Below are positions 36,186 to 47,198 of a stretch of DNA of 64,000 bases, in pieces. The DNA lies in contig CP142735.1 in NCBI GenBank assembly GCA_036630325.1, positions 930,001 to 994,000 of the forward strand, in the 5' to 3' direction. Both the position numbers and the translations under genes were made by a program. The stretch comes from Vairimorpha necatrix (Eukaryota). The notes under the pieces were generated by a model that was given only the letters and a program-made list of their open reading frames with translations, had not been told where the DNA came from and searched no databases. Numbering within the stretch: the first letter of the stretch is position 1; the number at the start of each line of letters is the position of its first letter.

Positions 36186-37802
36186 ATGGATTCAGAATAT
36201 CAAAATATAATAAGTAGCAAACAAATTGACAAGTTTATTATAACAAACAAATACGAACCAGAAATAATATCCCCTTTTATAAATTATTTATTATCTAATA
36301 ATTATTCATACTGGGACTACAAATCCCTTCTGAATGTTATTATTGATATTAAAGATTTCTCAGAGTTACCAAATATTTTCCATTCTCTAGTCTCCAGTGA
36401 TTATGATTTATTAGATCTAATAGACACAATTAGTAAAATGTCTGTGAATATAATTCAGAAATTTAGAGGAGCTCCCATCTTAGTAGAGACTTTGTTTATA
36501 CTAGTAGATATTTCTAATATACTCTATGATAAAGAGTGGTATTATGAGACATGTGTCATTTTGAATATTGTGTCTCTGTTTATTACTAATTGTTATGTGA
36601 ATAATAAGAATTTGAATACTCAGTACTATAAAGTCATAAGTAAGATATTCTTAAGATCTGATAATTATTACTCGGCTCTTAATGCTTTAGAGGAGTTTAC
36701 TGATGATAATAAAGTATTTAGAAAAGATATCCTGATAGAATTACTGAAATATAAAAATGAGAAGAATAAATATTCTCAATATTTATTAAAGAAAGATCTA
36801 AAAGATTTCCAGAATGATCATCAAGTAGATTTATCCCCACCTTGGGATTTTTATATTAAAAATATAGGCCAGAAGATTAAATTTTGTAGAGAGAATATTA
36901 AGTTTATAAGTTTCCTTAGTAGACATAATATAGAATTCTCTAGAGAAGGAGATGATGTCATACTTGGTCATTACAAGTATCAATCAGTAGACAGTAGAGT
37001 ATGTGACATTATTGAGAAATATAAAAAGAAAGAAGAGAAAGTCAAGATCTTTAAAGAAGTGACAGTACAGAAAGAAGTCAAAGAGATCAAGAAGAAGAAA
37101 GAAGTGTCTTTCCCTGATAATTTTACACTTAAGAAAGCCAAGTTTAATATTTACTGTGATATTTTAAGGAATAAATATAAAAAGAGAGATATTATGTACA
37201 ATACGAGGAATGAGATGATGAAGAGACAAGTAGAGAGTTATAATAATATTATCAGGGAGAAGATGGAATTTCTTAAAGATGAGAGAGAAGAGATAGAAGA
37301 TATGCAATTAGAATTGATGATGAAGACTCAGAAGATCAGACCAGTGTATGTCAAGAAGGCAGAGGTAGTGACTAGAAGGAACTGGAGAGACGAGGACGAC
37401 GAAGAAGAGAAGAAGGTCTTTGTGCCGAGATATAAAAAAGAGACAGAATTTATATCAGAAAGGAATATTTACACATATGGAGACACAAATCAAGCCTATA
37501 AGCCCAGTGGAAATATTTACAAAATTCAAAATGATAATATTTACAGAAATCAAAATGATAATATTTACAGAAATCAAAATGATAATATTTACAGAAATCA
37601 AAATGATAATATTTACAAGTCTAAAACAGTCTACAAAGTAGACAGTGTAGAAATGCAGAGTAATATTTTCAGACCAAATATTTCTAATATAAAAATACAA
37701 GACACTACAAAGGAAAATATAAAAGAAGAAGATAAATACATTCCACCAGTAAAAAGAAATGAAAAAAGACAAGATTCATCAAGTTGGTATGATAAAAAAT
37801 AA
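36186..37802 (+). CDS. Divergent translation initiation factor eIF3a (Tif32)-like protein
   Basis: EWYYETCVIL...YYKVISKIFLRSDNY resembles eIF3a (ELWQEAF...YYEKLTKIFWVSENY); charged coiled coil; 24-bp repeat (QNDNIYRN, ~4 units) at 37527-37617; ATG 36186 after TACCCTTC. Confidence 0.6.
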   Translation: MDSEYQNIISSKQIDKFIITNKYEPEIISPFINYLLSNNYSYWDYKSLLNVIIDIKDFSELPNIFHSLVSSDYDLLDLIDTISKMSVNIIQKFRGAPILVETLFILVDISNILYDKEWYYETCVILNIVSLFITNCYVNNKNLNTQYYKVISKIFLRSDNYYSALNALEEFTDDNKVFRKDILIELLKYKNEKNKYSQYLLKKDLKDFQNDHQVDLSPPWDFYIKNIGQKIKFCRENIKFISFLSRHNIEFSREGDDVILGHYKYQSVDSRVCDIIEKYKKKEEKVKIFKEVTVQKEVKEIKKKKEVSFPDNFTLKKAKFNIYCDILRNKYKKRDIMYNTRNEMMKRQVESYNNIIREKMEFLKDEREEIEDMQLELMMKTQKIRPVYVKKAEVVTRRNWRDEDDEEEKKVFVPRYKKETEFISERNIYTYGDTNQAYKPSGNIYKIQNDNIYRNQNDNIYRNQNDNIYRNQNDNIYKSKTVYKVDSVEMQSNIFRPNISNIKIQDTTKENIKEEDKYIPPVKRNEKRQDSSSWYDKK

Positions 37803-37828
37803 ACTTAATTTTTAATATTTTATAAAAT

Positions 37829-37899
37829 TGCATCGTGCGGGAATCGAACCCACGTCTATCGAATGGCAACCGATAATTATACCACTAAACCAACGATGC
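37829..37899 (-). tRNA. tRNA-Gly(GCC)
   Basis: Reverse complement GCATCGTTGGTTTAGTGGTATAATTATCGGTTGCCATTCGATAGACGTGGGTTCGATTCCCGCACGATGCA forms a full cloverleaf. Confidence 0.95.
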
Positions 37900-38069
37900 T
37901 TAGGAATAAAAAAAGATCATAATTTGAGTAGTAAAGTTATTTTAAATAAATCATTTTAAATTTATTATAAATATTATTACATATTTTATAACTGTAAATA
38001 CTGTTATTTACAAATCTTAAAAAAAATATGAAATTTCTTTAAATTTCTTTTTTTTATGCACCCCCAAAA

Positions 38070-39224
38070 ATGAGTTGTAGAAAATTTAATGCACCAAGAC
38101 ATGGTTCTCTAGCCTTCTGCCCAAGGAAGAGGTCTAAGACTATTAGACCACCAATCAGAGCATTCCCCAAGGATGATCCCAGTTCTAAAATCCATCTTAC
38201 TGGGTTTATAGGATACAAAGCCGGGATGACTCATGTGGTCAGGACCAAGACAGTTCAGACTAAGAACAAGCAGTCTCTTAAGGAGATATTAGACGCAGTG
38301 ACTATTGTCGAGACTCCTGCTAATGTGATCTACGGAGTGACAGGATATGAGCAGACAGGTAGAGGTTTAAAGAGAGTAGCCACTGTCTTCTCTAATCATA
38401 TTGACCAAGGAGTCTTAAGAAGAAGATACGGCTTGAAATGGGAAGAAATATCTGGGAAGTTAAGTGGCCTCAGTATCGAAGATACTGAGACAAAGATATC
38501 AGAAATAAAGAAGAGATCTTGTGTCATAAGAGTCTTAGTCCATTCTCAGCCTAGTAAGATCCCAGTTTTGAATCTTAAGAAATCCCATACTGCTGAGATA
38601 CAAGTAAATGGCGGATCTATAGAAGAGAAAGTAGACTGGGCACTAGAACACTTTGAGAAGGAGTTTAATGTACAAGACATTTTCGGAGTAGATGAAAACT
38701 TAGATGTTATTGGAGTCACTAAGGGTAAAGGGTTTACAGGAGTAATAAAGAGATTTGGAGTTACTAAACAACCCAGGAAATCAAGGAAGGGTATCAGGAA
38801 AGTCGCCTGTATTGGAGCATGGCATCCCAGTCGAGTCATGACTACAGTAGCCAGAGCAGGAGGAAAGGGCTTCCATAGGAGAACAGAGATAAATAAAAAG
38901 GTCTACATGATAGGACACGGGAATGAGAAGATTAAAACTGAGTACGACTTAACAGAGAAATTTATAACTCCAATGGGGGGTTTCCCTCATTACGGTCAAA
39001 TCAAGAATGAATTTATTATGCTAAAAGGGGCTATAGTTGGGCCAAGTAAAAGGGTAGTGACTTTAAGGAAAAGTTTACTGAAGAATCAGAAGAAGAATGA
39101 AGATTTAGTGATCAAATTCGTAGATACTAGTAGTAAGATAGGAAATGGAAGATTCCAGACTACAGAAGAGAAGAGAGCCTTCTATGGTATAAAAAAATCA
39201 GAGGTAGTCAATTCGACAGATTAA
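38070..39224 (+). CDS. RPL3: 60S ribosomal protein L3 (uL3)
   Basis: [47 protein letters not shown]. Confidence 0.98.
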   Translation: MSCRKFNAPRHGSLAFCPRKRSKTIRPPIRAFPKDDPSSKIHLTGFIGYKAGMTHVVRTKTVQTKNKQSLKEILDAVTIVETPANVIYGVTGYEQTGRGLKRVATVFSNHIDQGVLRRRYGLKWEEISGKLSGLSIEDTETKISEIKKRSCVIRVLVHSQPSKIPVLNLKKSHTAEIQVNGGSIEEKVDWALEHFEKEFNVQDIFGVDENLDVIGVTKGKGFTGVIKRFGVTKQPRKSRKGIRKVACIGAWHPSRVMTTVARAGGKGFHRRTEINKKVYMIGHGNEKIKTEYDLTEKFITPMGGFPHYGQIKNEFIMLKGAIVGPSKRVVTLRKSLLKNQKKNEDLVIKFVDTSSKIGNGRFQTTEEKRAFYGIKKSEVVNSTD

Positions 39225-39462
39225 AAATAATTTAATCTTCTCATCTTCATCTAGAAATGTGTATAATATTTTTCATATATTTTTATTTTTAATTTGTGCT
39301 AATTTGTTTAAATTTTATGTTTAATTTGTTTTTATTTTATGCTTGTTTGTTTTTATTCTAATTTTATTTTTATTTTTTTGCATAATCATAATGCTACAAA
39401 CAAATTTTATAATATAGACTTATTAGTAAAAATTTCATAAAATTTACTTGTTTCTCATATTG

Positions 39463-39573
39463 TGTGTATCAAATATCACAACTAAGCCAAATAGGCTGCA
39501 TATTCTTGAGATCGGAGACGATCAAACGAAAGGCCTCAGTAGATAAGAAATCTTACTGATTTGTTAATACACA
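39463..39573. ncRNA. Candidate ~110-nt structured RNA, family unassigned
   Basis: Closing stem tgtgtat-caaat / atttg-tta-atacaca around three hairpins (agcc-aaata-ggct; gatcg-GAGA-cgatc; tcagta..tactga); GC-richer than its flanks. Confidence 0.35.
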
Positions 39574-39641
39574 TAAGTATGTACTTAAAATATATTACAA
39601 AAATGTAGATATTATTTTATTACATTTACCCTCTTTTTATT

Positions 39642-39848
39642 ATGTCCTCATTGTCCAAAATATCTCTGAGAACTAAAATACGCTCAAGAATAAATGTCAT
39701 AGAGAAAAATGTAGTAAAATATTTACACTCTGAAAGAATAAGGAAAATAAGAGAAAAAATAAGAAAAGAACTTGACTTGGAAGATGAGGAGAAAATTAAG
39801 ACAGGGATAGTAAAACCCACTATATTTACAAAGGACATATTCACGTAA
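39642..39848 (+). CDS. Small basic protein, possibly LLP/YBL028C-like (ribosome biogenesis)
   Basis: TTACCCTCTTTTTATTATG start; KISLRTKIRSR...ERIRKIREKIRKEL resembles the AKSLR...R..RI..KL pattern. Confidence 0.55.
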   Translation: MSSLSKISLRTKIRSRINVIEKNVVKYLHSERIRKIREKIRKELDLEDEEKIKTGIVKPTIFTKDIFT

Positions 39849-40032
39849 TAAAAGCAAATTAATATTAATAAAATTTAATATTTTGTTTTAAAATTAAATA
39901 TTTTATTGTAAAATATAATATTTGTATAATATTTTGTTGTAAATTTTATATTTGTTGTGAAATTCAATATTTGTATAATATTTGTTTAAAATTGATCGTT
40001 TTTAAATTTTTTTTCATTTTTATACCCCTTAA

Positions 40033-42159
40033 ATGTCTCATTATTCATTAAAAATGGCTATTCCAACTGAATCTCCTTCTAGAGGACTAATTTGTACAAA
40101 AGATAAAATGTATTTCACTTCAAATACTTTCATATTCTCCTTAAAAAACGGAGAATATAAAATTGAAGCCATATTGGAAAATTATATAAAAAAAGTAAAA
40201 TATAAAAACTCACTACTCTACGCTATAACTGAAAAAAATCTAATAATAATCTACAAATCTAAAAATATAGCATCTTTAAAATGTAATCCATCATGTCTAA
40301 AAATTTCTGAAAAATTTATCATTTTAGCATGCGAAAATACTCTGGAAACTTGGTATACTCCAAAAGAATACAAATTTAATATGTTCAATTTACACTCTAA
40401 AATACAACTTCATAATCAAAATATCACTTGTATAAACTTAATAAATCAAAATACTGTAATATCTGGTAGTAAAGATTGTAGTGTCAAAATTTATAATTTA
40501 AAAAGTAAAAAAATTGATAAATTTATTAATACTAAATCTATACCTATAAAAATTTTTAAAATTGAAAAATATATTTGTGTAATTTGTGAAGAAGGCCAAA
40601 TTTACTATGTAAATTTGGAGACAAAAAAAATTGATCATAAAATATTTAAAAATACAAATATAATTGACGCTTCTTGTTATGAAAATTTAATATGTATTTG
40701 TTTATTAGAAAATAAAAAAAACAAATTCGAAATAATATCAAAAAAAGAAGTCATTTATAGTGTAGAAACTAAATATTCTATAAATGAAATAAGTTTAGAA
40801 GATAAAAAAATCGCCTTTAAAGGTCAAAATATTGTAGGAATTTATAATTATGAACTTGATACTTATATTTTTATATTAGATTTACCAAAAATATCATGTC
40901 TAGACATTTCCAATGATTTATTTTGTGTAGGTTGTACTGATAAAAAAATTAGACTTTACGATGATAAAAAAATTTTAAAAATTTTTTATGATGAGAAAAA
41001 TTCTAATCCTTTATTAGACGTGTATTTCTTAAGTGGTTCAATTTTATCATTATCAAATAATGGATATATAAGTCTTTTTGATATGAAAAATGGTGTATGT
41101 TATAGATCATTTAATATGCCTGTAAAAATAAGTGCTAGTAGTATTTGTGACGACGGAATGATGTTATTTATTGCTGATTATGATAATTATAAAATTAGAA
41201 TTATAGATTTACAAAGATCTAAAGAAATAGAAAGTTTAATAGGTCATGAATCTCCTGTGAAAAAAATGGTTTATTATAAAAATTTTTTATTTTCATTATC
41301 TAATGATAATGAACTAAGAAAATGGGAAATATATAAAAATCAATGTGATATGATAAATTTAGAAAAAAGTGCTACTAATTTTATAGTACGAAAAAATAAA
41401 ATTTTTGTGTCATTTTATGATGAAATAATTGAATACGATATGGATTTGGAATATGTAAACTCAGTATCATTTAAAAATAAAAAACCTGCTGAACATTTAG
41501 ATTTGACTTTTGATGGGAAAATGTTATTACTAGGCGGAGAGTTTAATAAATTAAATATTTTAGATATAGAAACTAATACAGTAGAACAAACAGTAAAAGT
41601 ATCAAGAAACACTAAATGGAAGAATTATAAAGACAATTTATATAAAAATCAAATAGAATCATGTGATAAATCAGAAATAGTAGAAATATTAAAACTTATA
41701 CATAGTAAAAACCAGTATCAGTTTACATATTTGAGTAGAGAAGGCGTGTTTACTTATAATTGGTCTAGTAGTAAATATTTACCATTATTTATTGATCTTG
41801 AGAGTACGACAGAAGCACTTAGTAGGTATTTGGAAAATAAAAAATTTTTAAATGCACTAATAGTAGCTCTAAAACTTAATGAAATGGAATGTTTGGAGAA
41901 GTTGATTGATATAGTACCTGAAGAAGAAGTATTTGGGATAGTCAAAATGGTGCCGAGTACATTTATAGAAAAATTGAGGATTTTTTTAATAAATCAAATT
42001 AATGATAATAAAAAGATTGTGGGGAGTTATATGTGGATGAGATGGTTAATATTTAATCATGGGAAAGGGAATTATGAACAAAAAGTGTGTAAGAAAACGG
42101 GGGAGATGGGGTATAAAAGTACGATAGAGAATATATTTATATTTGAGAATTTAATATAA
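40033..42159 (+). CDS. PWP2: WD40-repeat U3 processome protein Pwp2/Utp1
   Basis: WD repeats (ISGSKDCSVKIY, LFDMKNGVCYRSF, ESLIGHESPV) and helical C-terminus (ALIVALKLNE); ATACCCCTTAAATG start. Confidence 0.82.
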   Translation: MSHYSLKMAIPTESPSRGLICTKDKMYFTSNTFIFSLKNGEYKIEAILENYIKKVKYKNSLLYAITEKNLIIIYKSKNIASLKCNPSCLKISEKFIILACENTLETWYTPKEYKFNMFNLHSKIQLHNQNITCINLINQNTVISGSKDCSVKIYNLKSKKIDKFINTKSIPIKIFKIEKYICVICEEGQIYYVNLETKKIDHKIFKNTNIIDASCYENLICICLLENKKNKFEIISKKEVIYSVETKYSINEISLEDKKIAFKGQNIVGIYNYELDTYIFILDLPKISCLDISNDLFCVGCTDKKIRLYDDKKILKIFYDEKNSNPLLDVYFLSGSILSLSNNGYISLFDMKNGVCYRSFNMPVKISASSICDDGMMLFIADYDNYKIRIIDLQRSKEIESLIGHESPVKKMVYYKNFLFSLSNDNELRKWEIYKNQCDMINLEKSATNFIVRKNKIFVSFYDEIIEYDMDLEYVNSVSFKNKKPAEHLDLTFDGKMLLLGGEFNKLNILDIETNTVEQTVKVSRNTKWKNYKDNLYKNQIESCDKSEIVEILKLIHSKNQYQFTYLSREGVFTYNWSSSKYLPLFIDLESTTEALSRYLENKKFLNALIVALKLNEMECLEKLIDIVPEEEVFGIVKMVPSTFIEKLRIFLINQINDNKKIVGSYMWMRWLIFNHGKGNYEQKVCKKTGEMGYKSTIENIFIFENLI

Positions 42160-42421
42160 TAAAAAAAAATTTATATTTTAAAAGACAAAATATATTGTAA
42201 ATGTAGCTAATATATTGTATTTGTAGCTAAATATATTGTAAATGTAGCTAAATATATTGTAAGTATATGATTTATAATTGTAATTTGCAAAATTAAAAAA
42301 TTTTAGCAAATTAGATTTGTAAGTGATATTATTACAGAGTAAAAAATATCTATTAATTTAATAGACATATCTTATAGTAACGAATTTTCTAATTATTTAA
42401 AAACTGATTTAATTTTAATAT

Positions 42422-42706
42422 TTAAAATATTGAGGGGAATTTTGAGTTAATTTCTACAAATCTTTCATAAAGTTTTAAATCGAATCCTTCTGAAATTTTA
42501 TTAACTACTTGTTCATTTAAAATACCATTTTCAACTATTCCTTTAATTCTTACTATTTTAGTTTTATAACTGTCTAATCCATTGTGCTTAACCATGATTT
42601 CTTTATTTCCACTGCGTATGAAAATAATGTCATTGTCAATCTTTTCAATTTCACCAATGATTGAGACATTTTTATTTTCAAAATTTGTAAGGGAATTTAC
42701 GAACAT
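42422..42706 (-). CDS. RPA3: Replication protein A 14-kDa subunit (OB fold)
   Basis: VNSLTNFENKNVSIIGEIEKI...VRIKGIV...FDLKLY; ATG 42706 after TTCACCCCTAAA. Confidence 0.75.
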   Translation of the reverse strand: MFVNSLTNFENKNVSIIGEIEKIDNDIIFIRSGNKEIMVKHNGLDSYKTKIVRIKGIVENGILNEQVVNKISEGFDLKLYERFVEINSKFPSIF

Positions 42707-43104
42707 TTTAGGGGTGAAAAAAAAATTAATTAAATAACGGTAAAATGTAGAAATTTTTAAGTCACATATTATAAAATAAAAAGACAATGGTATAAACTAA
42801 ATTTTACACAAATATTAATATTAAATAAGTCATATATATTAAAAAAGAACAATATATTGAAAATAAAGGCAGACTATGTTTTCTACAAGAAGAAAAATGT
42901 ATGTATCTTCGTTGGAATAAACCGAAAAAACAGTTGAGCGCATGACGAGATGAAGCAAAAATACTGGCATTTTGTTTAATGAAAAGGAAGATGCATTTAC
43001 ATGTTATGTAATAAATCAAGAAAATGAAATTAAGATAAAAAAATCGATGTTTCGGCAAATAAATTTTTATTGATTAAAGTTGACACAATTTTAATCACAG
43101 ACTA

Positions 43105-44634
43105 AAATTCCTTGTAAGTAAGAGAAAGATAAATCATTACATACGGAACGAGAGACTTGAGATCTTCATGCAACTGATACTGTGTGATTCTTAGGTACAG
43201 TATCAACTGAATATTTAACTTGTCGGCAGAGCAAGCTTCGGCGTATCCATTAGTATTTTGCACCCGATAATCAAAGTTCATCTTAATCAACTTCGTTTAA
43301 AAAAAATCGTAGCTGATATAATTATCGAACATGTCCAGAAAACCAGATAAGACATTGTCTTACTGGTGCCTATAGTCCAGTGGTTAAATTAGATGCTTTC
43401 ATTGGTCAATGCCCTAGTTTGAATCCTAAAAGGCAAAATGAGTATTTCTGCTTTCTATAATGCTGATATAACAACTCAGATGAAAATGTCCACGGTAATC
43501 ATATAGTTGATTGCAATAGAACCTGTTTACAATTAGCCATAGAGGGGTTAGTATCCAGTATATAAACACACGTTATGGGCGAAAAAACAGTATTTACCTT
43601 GTGGTGACCTATCGATACATAAAGTTATATGATTTGTACGAGCAATTTTGAAACAATGATTGGTGCACTCTAGAGTGGGATCCTAGAGCTAACTAAATAA
43701 TCAGTGAAAAAACAAGAAAGGCTTCGTGGACCCAATCCTATAAGATTCTGTAACACGGTGGCCGAAACTAGTATTTGACTTATGGTCAACATAATCCAAT
43801 AAAAATGCCGGGCTGGTGATGTAGCCGCGAATGCGATACATAAAATTTAGGGATCTTTGAGTTAGTACGATGATGTCTCTCCTGGGGTTATAGATAACCA
43901 TGCCCGTTAAGTATATCCGCTGTGGCGTCACTCTGGTCGCGATATGAGGTACAAATGGAATGTGTTCTCCTGGATCAAAGTCCAAGAAATACGGCGGAGC
44001 TTGCCGCACCTGCAAGTTTTATTGGGGATTTGTAATGAGTAAGAATTTCACAGAACCAATTGGATAAAGATCAATCAAAACCCCTCTGATTCCTATGTAA
44101 GGTTTCTTCCTACCTTTTACTTGTAAAAAAAGACATTATCATACTCAAATAGAATATCTCTACTCCTACCATTATCCGCATCAGAACACGTCTCATTACG
44201 TTGCCATACCATCAAAATGCATTTTTTGGTTGCCTGTTTCTATTTTTCAAATAAAATATGTTTAGCGTGTGAATAATTATCTAAAATATGTTTCTTAGGA
44301 CCTTCTGCTATTACTCTTCTAATTCTATCATTTGCCTCGCAGTACATAAAAGTGCGTCGGGCAAAGGCTTTTTTTCATGGGGCATATATTTCGATATAAA
44401 AATAAATATAAAATTATACTTTTTTTTAAACTTACATTTGCTTTCTATCTAGATTCATTCCGCTTATGGTTAAACGCATGCAGGTTCAATACATCAACTT
44501 TACGATTACATATAAAGTATCATCATTATGAGGTTTTATACATCTCAGCATAAAAAGTATTTAGTATGTTTCAAAATCGAGTTCAAATTCTTTATGTATC
44601 TACACAATGATTTTATTCATTGACTCCGAGAACC
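43105..44634 (-). mobile_element. SINE-like retroposon, copy 3 (old, degenerate), split by copy 2
   Basis: 43105-43364 aligns with the 3' end of copy 1 (aatggatacg-c-gaagcttgc, taagaatcacacagtat, tatgtaa, cttacttacaag); 44130-44634 aligns collinearly with the middle and 5' part; outer ends approximate. Confidence 0.75.
43365..44129 (+). mobile_element. SINE-like retroposon, copy 2 (intermediate age)
   Basis: Starts ggtgcctatagtccagtgg (A box) with decayed B box agtttgaatcc; collinear with copy 1; ends ttgtaaaaa; 16-bp TSD aagacattgtcttact (43349-43364) / aagacattatcatact (44130-44145), 2 mismatches. Confidence 0.88.
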
Positions 44635-45221
44635 TGCCAAAACATCGTTTTTAGCATTTTTCATATAATATTTTAAAAAAGTCGATAATGAAATTTTGAT
44701 CTAAAGATAGGTTACATAAAGTTTACAAGCCTAAGGAAGTAAAATTAGAATTGTCAAGCTTTGTACTTTTAAAATACTTTTGTATTTGGAATATATAATA
44801 AATATTCCATACAAGCTTTAGATAGATGTTCCTTAGTATCAGGCAAGAAACAGAAAGAGCATGAACTTACTGGCTGAATCTTAAAATATGCTCAATCAGC
44901 CTAAAAGAAGTTAGTATAAAAGCTAAGCTTCTATTCGTCCTCGATGTTGATCTCCAAAGCAAGCTAAAAGGCTCTGAAAATTATACCCTCAAATAAATAC
45001 AATTTATCAGTAACGATTTATAGATATTAGACATCTGAAAAATTCATACATGTTAAAGTTATATACAATTTATTAATATCTTGAAATTTATATGGCATAC
45101 TAAACCCATCAAAAGTTCATATATTTTTAAAGTTAAATACAGTTTATTAATAACGGTAAATTAAATAAAATTGAAATGATTGACATTTTACAATTTTATG
45201 AACTTACAAGTTAAATAAATT

Positions 45222-45734
45222 TCATTCATACGAAAACATATTCCTATCATATAAATGTTCATACACGGGTACATTCTCTTCTTCAATATAATGATTATTA
45301 ATTACATTCTCATTTTCCATATAAGGTCCATTAGGCATGTTCTCATATAAATGTTGATAATGCTGATTGTTGGCCATATCCATAGCATAAATCTCAAAAT
45401 TCTCATCATAATAGTAAGGCTTTCCTCCCATTTGATAATTAGTAGTATTTTTACAATATTCAGAAGCCTGTTGCTGTTTTTTATGTTTGGCTCTTCTATT
45501 TTGAAACCATACTTGCACACATCTTGGAGTCATAGATAATTGATCTCCGAGTTTCTTTCTCATACATGAATCTGGTCTGGGACACACTTCAAATGTCTTC
45601 TCTAAAACTTTTAATTGTGCTTTAGTCGTTCTTTTACGATGCTTTACATAAAATGGATCATAATATTGATTAATATTTTCATTTTGAGATTGGATTTCAA
45701 AATTTTTATAGTAATTTCTCCCATATGGTTCCAT
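45222..45734 (-). CDS. Homeodomain transcription factor
   Basis: KHRKRTTKAQLKVLEKTF...VQVWFQNRRAK; ATG 45734 preceded by GGGT (ORF track uses an upstream TTG). Confidence 0.92.
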   Translation of the reverse strand: MEPYGRNYYKNFEIQSQNENINQYYDPFYVKHRKRTTKAQLKVLEKTFEVCPRPDSCMRKKLGDQLSMTPRCVQVWFQNRRAKHKKQQQASEYCKNTTNYQMGGKPYYYDENFEIYAMDMANNQHYQHLYENMPNGPYMENENVINNHYIEEENVPVYEHLYDRNMFSYE

Positions 45735-46324
45735 ACCCTTCAACTGGAAATTAAATAAATAATTGAATTTTTAATTTAAAACTTTCATGGCATTTTAATG
45801 AAAGTACGTAAAAATACACTTTTATCTCAAGTGTATTTTAAGTTTGATCATACCGTTTTTTTAATTAATTTTTAAACGTTAAATACATATAAACAAAATT
45901 GTTTTATAACTAAGAGATTTTCATTTTTTACTTTTTTATTTTCACTTTTAAGTACTTTTTTGCAATCATCAGTTACGTTAGCGTGTATTTTTTAAAAATG
46001 ATGAAGGATTTAAAAATCACGACATTTTTGACAGGCGCCAAGATGTTCAATTTATAGTAAATTATTATTTTATTACGCAATAAAAGACTTCAGTTAATCT
46101 TCTATCTATATTTGAGTAATGAATGTTAAATCTTTTCTAATAAAATTGTATGCTATCATTTTTTAAGATAGCATTACAATGATACAAACAACAAGATCAG
46201 TATATTTGTATATTACATGTAAATACCTATTTATTATTCAATGTTAAACAAATAATATTTATTGGTTTCAAATTTGAAACGTATGAAAACATTTTTTATA
46301 AATTAAAAACGGACAATATAAACA

Positions 46325-46930
46325 ATGGCTTATTTATTAGAAAGAGAAGACAGTCCTAGATGCACACTAGAAGGAGGTAAAAGAGAACAATTTACACAGA
46401 AACTTTTTACTGATTTAATACACGACTCACATGCAAAAAACCATGACTATTATCTAGGAAGAGTAAAAATTACTTCTCAGAATAAAATCGAATTCCATTG
46501 TTACGATGCAAGGCAATTGTGTAAGTATTTGTTCGAGATGGTCATTTCTACAGAAGGAAGAAAGATTCGTATAAAAAACTTTAAAGACCCAATTAGCCGG
46601 GAAGTTATTGATGATGTACACTTCTTTAGACTAAAATACGATTCAGACGAACCTTTGAGAGCAGAATATGTTGGAAATCATATAAAGTTCCTAGAAAGTA
46701 ATAGTTTAAGATCCAAAATATTTTATTCCGAAGATGCGCTTGACGCTTTGTCTGTTAATTTTCAGTTTAACAGCATTAAAAAAACCAATGTAATTGACAA
46801 AAGACGACTTTATGGGTTTTTATTGTTAGTTTTCTTTGGAATATTAGCGCTAAGCGGAATAGTCTTTTTCGTAGAGAAGAAAAAGAAAGTTGGAAGAATT
46901 AATGAAAAAATTAGATTACATCCCAAATAA
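46325..46930 (+). CDS. Hypothetical protein with C-terminal TM helix
   Basis: 201-aa ATG ORF; globular part (YDARQLCKYLFE, NFKDPISRE), TM segment and basic tail. Confidence 0.8.
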   Translation: MAYLLEREDSPRCTLEGGKREQFTQKLFTDLIHDSHAKNHDYYLGRVKITSQNKIEFHCYDARQLCKYLFEMVISTEGRKIRIKNFKDPISREVIDDVHFFRLKYDSDEPLRAEYVGNHIKFLESNSLRSKIFYSEDALDALSVNFQFNSIKKTNVIDKRRLYGFLLLVFFGILALSGIVFFVEKKKKVGRINEKIRLHPK

Positions 46931-46970
46931 ATTATTTATTATTTTTTTATTTTAATAAGTTACAATTGTC

Positions 46971-47198
46971 TTATAAGTGCTTGATTATTTGTGGCAATAT
47001 GAAAAATTTTATATTTGACCCTCGAATTACAACTTCAGGACTATACAATATTTTGTCTGTAATAATATCGACATTTTTTAATATGACATTCATGTAATCA
47101 TCTACTTCTACTACAGTTCCTTTAAAGGTGGTATTATCTAAAGTTCTTACAGAAATTATCATGTTTGTAGTTTCTTGTAATGTTTGAATAATTGTCAT
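46971..47198 (-). CDS. Sm protein, most like SmD3
   Basis: Sm1 FKGTVVEVDDYMNVILKNV and Sm2 VIRGSNIKFFILP; AATCCCTAGATG start. Confidence 0.85.
   Translation of the reverse strand: MTIIQTLQETTNMIISVRTLDNTTFKGTVVEVDDYMNVILKNVDIITDKILYSPEVVIRGSNIKFFILPQIIKHL

Noticed and set aside
44190-44215. Minus-strand WYGNVMRR resembling the RTE-LINE WYGHVMRR motif
   Set aside because: The segment aligns with the SINE body, and the younger copies do not encode this peptide
45744-45788. Possible 39-nt intron joining ATGAAA to the homeobox ORF in frame
   Set aside because: Donor GTTTTA does not match the GTAAGT-like microsporidian consensus, and a GGG-preceded ATG at 45734 explains the start
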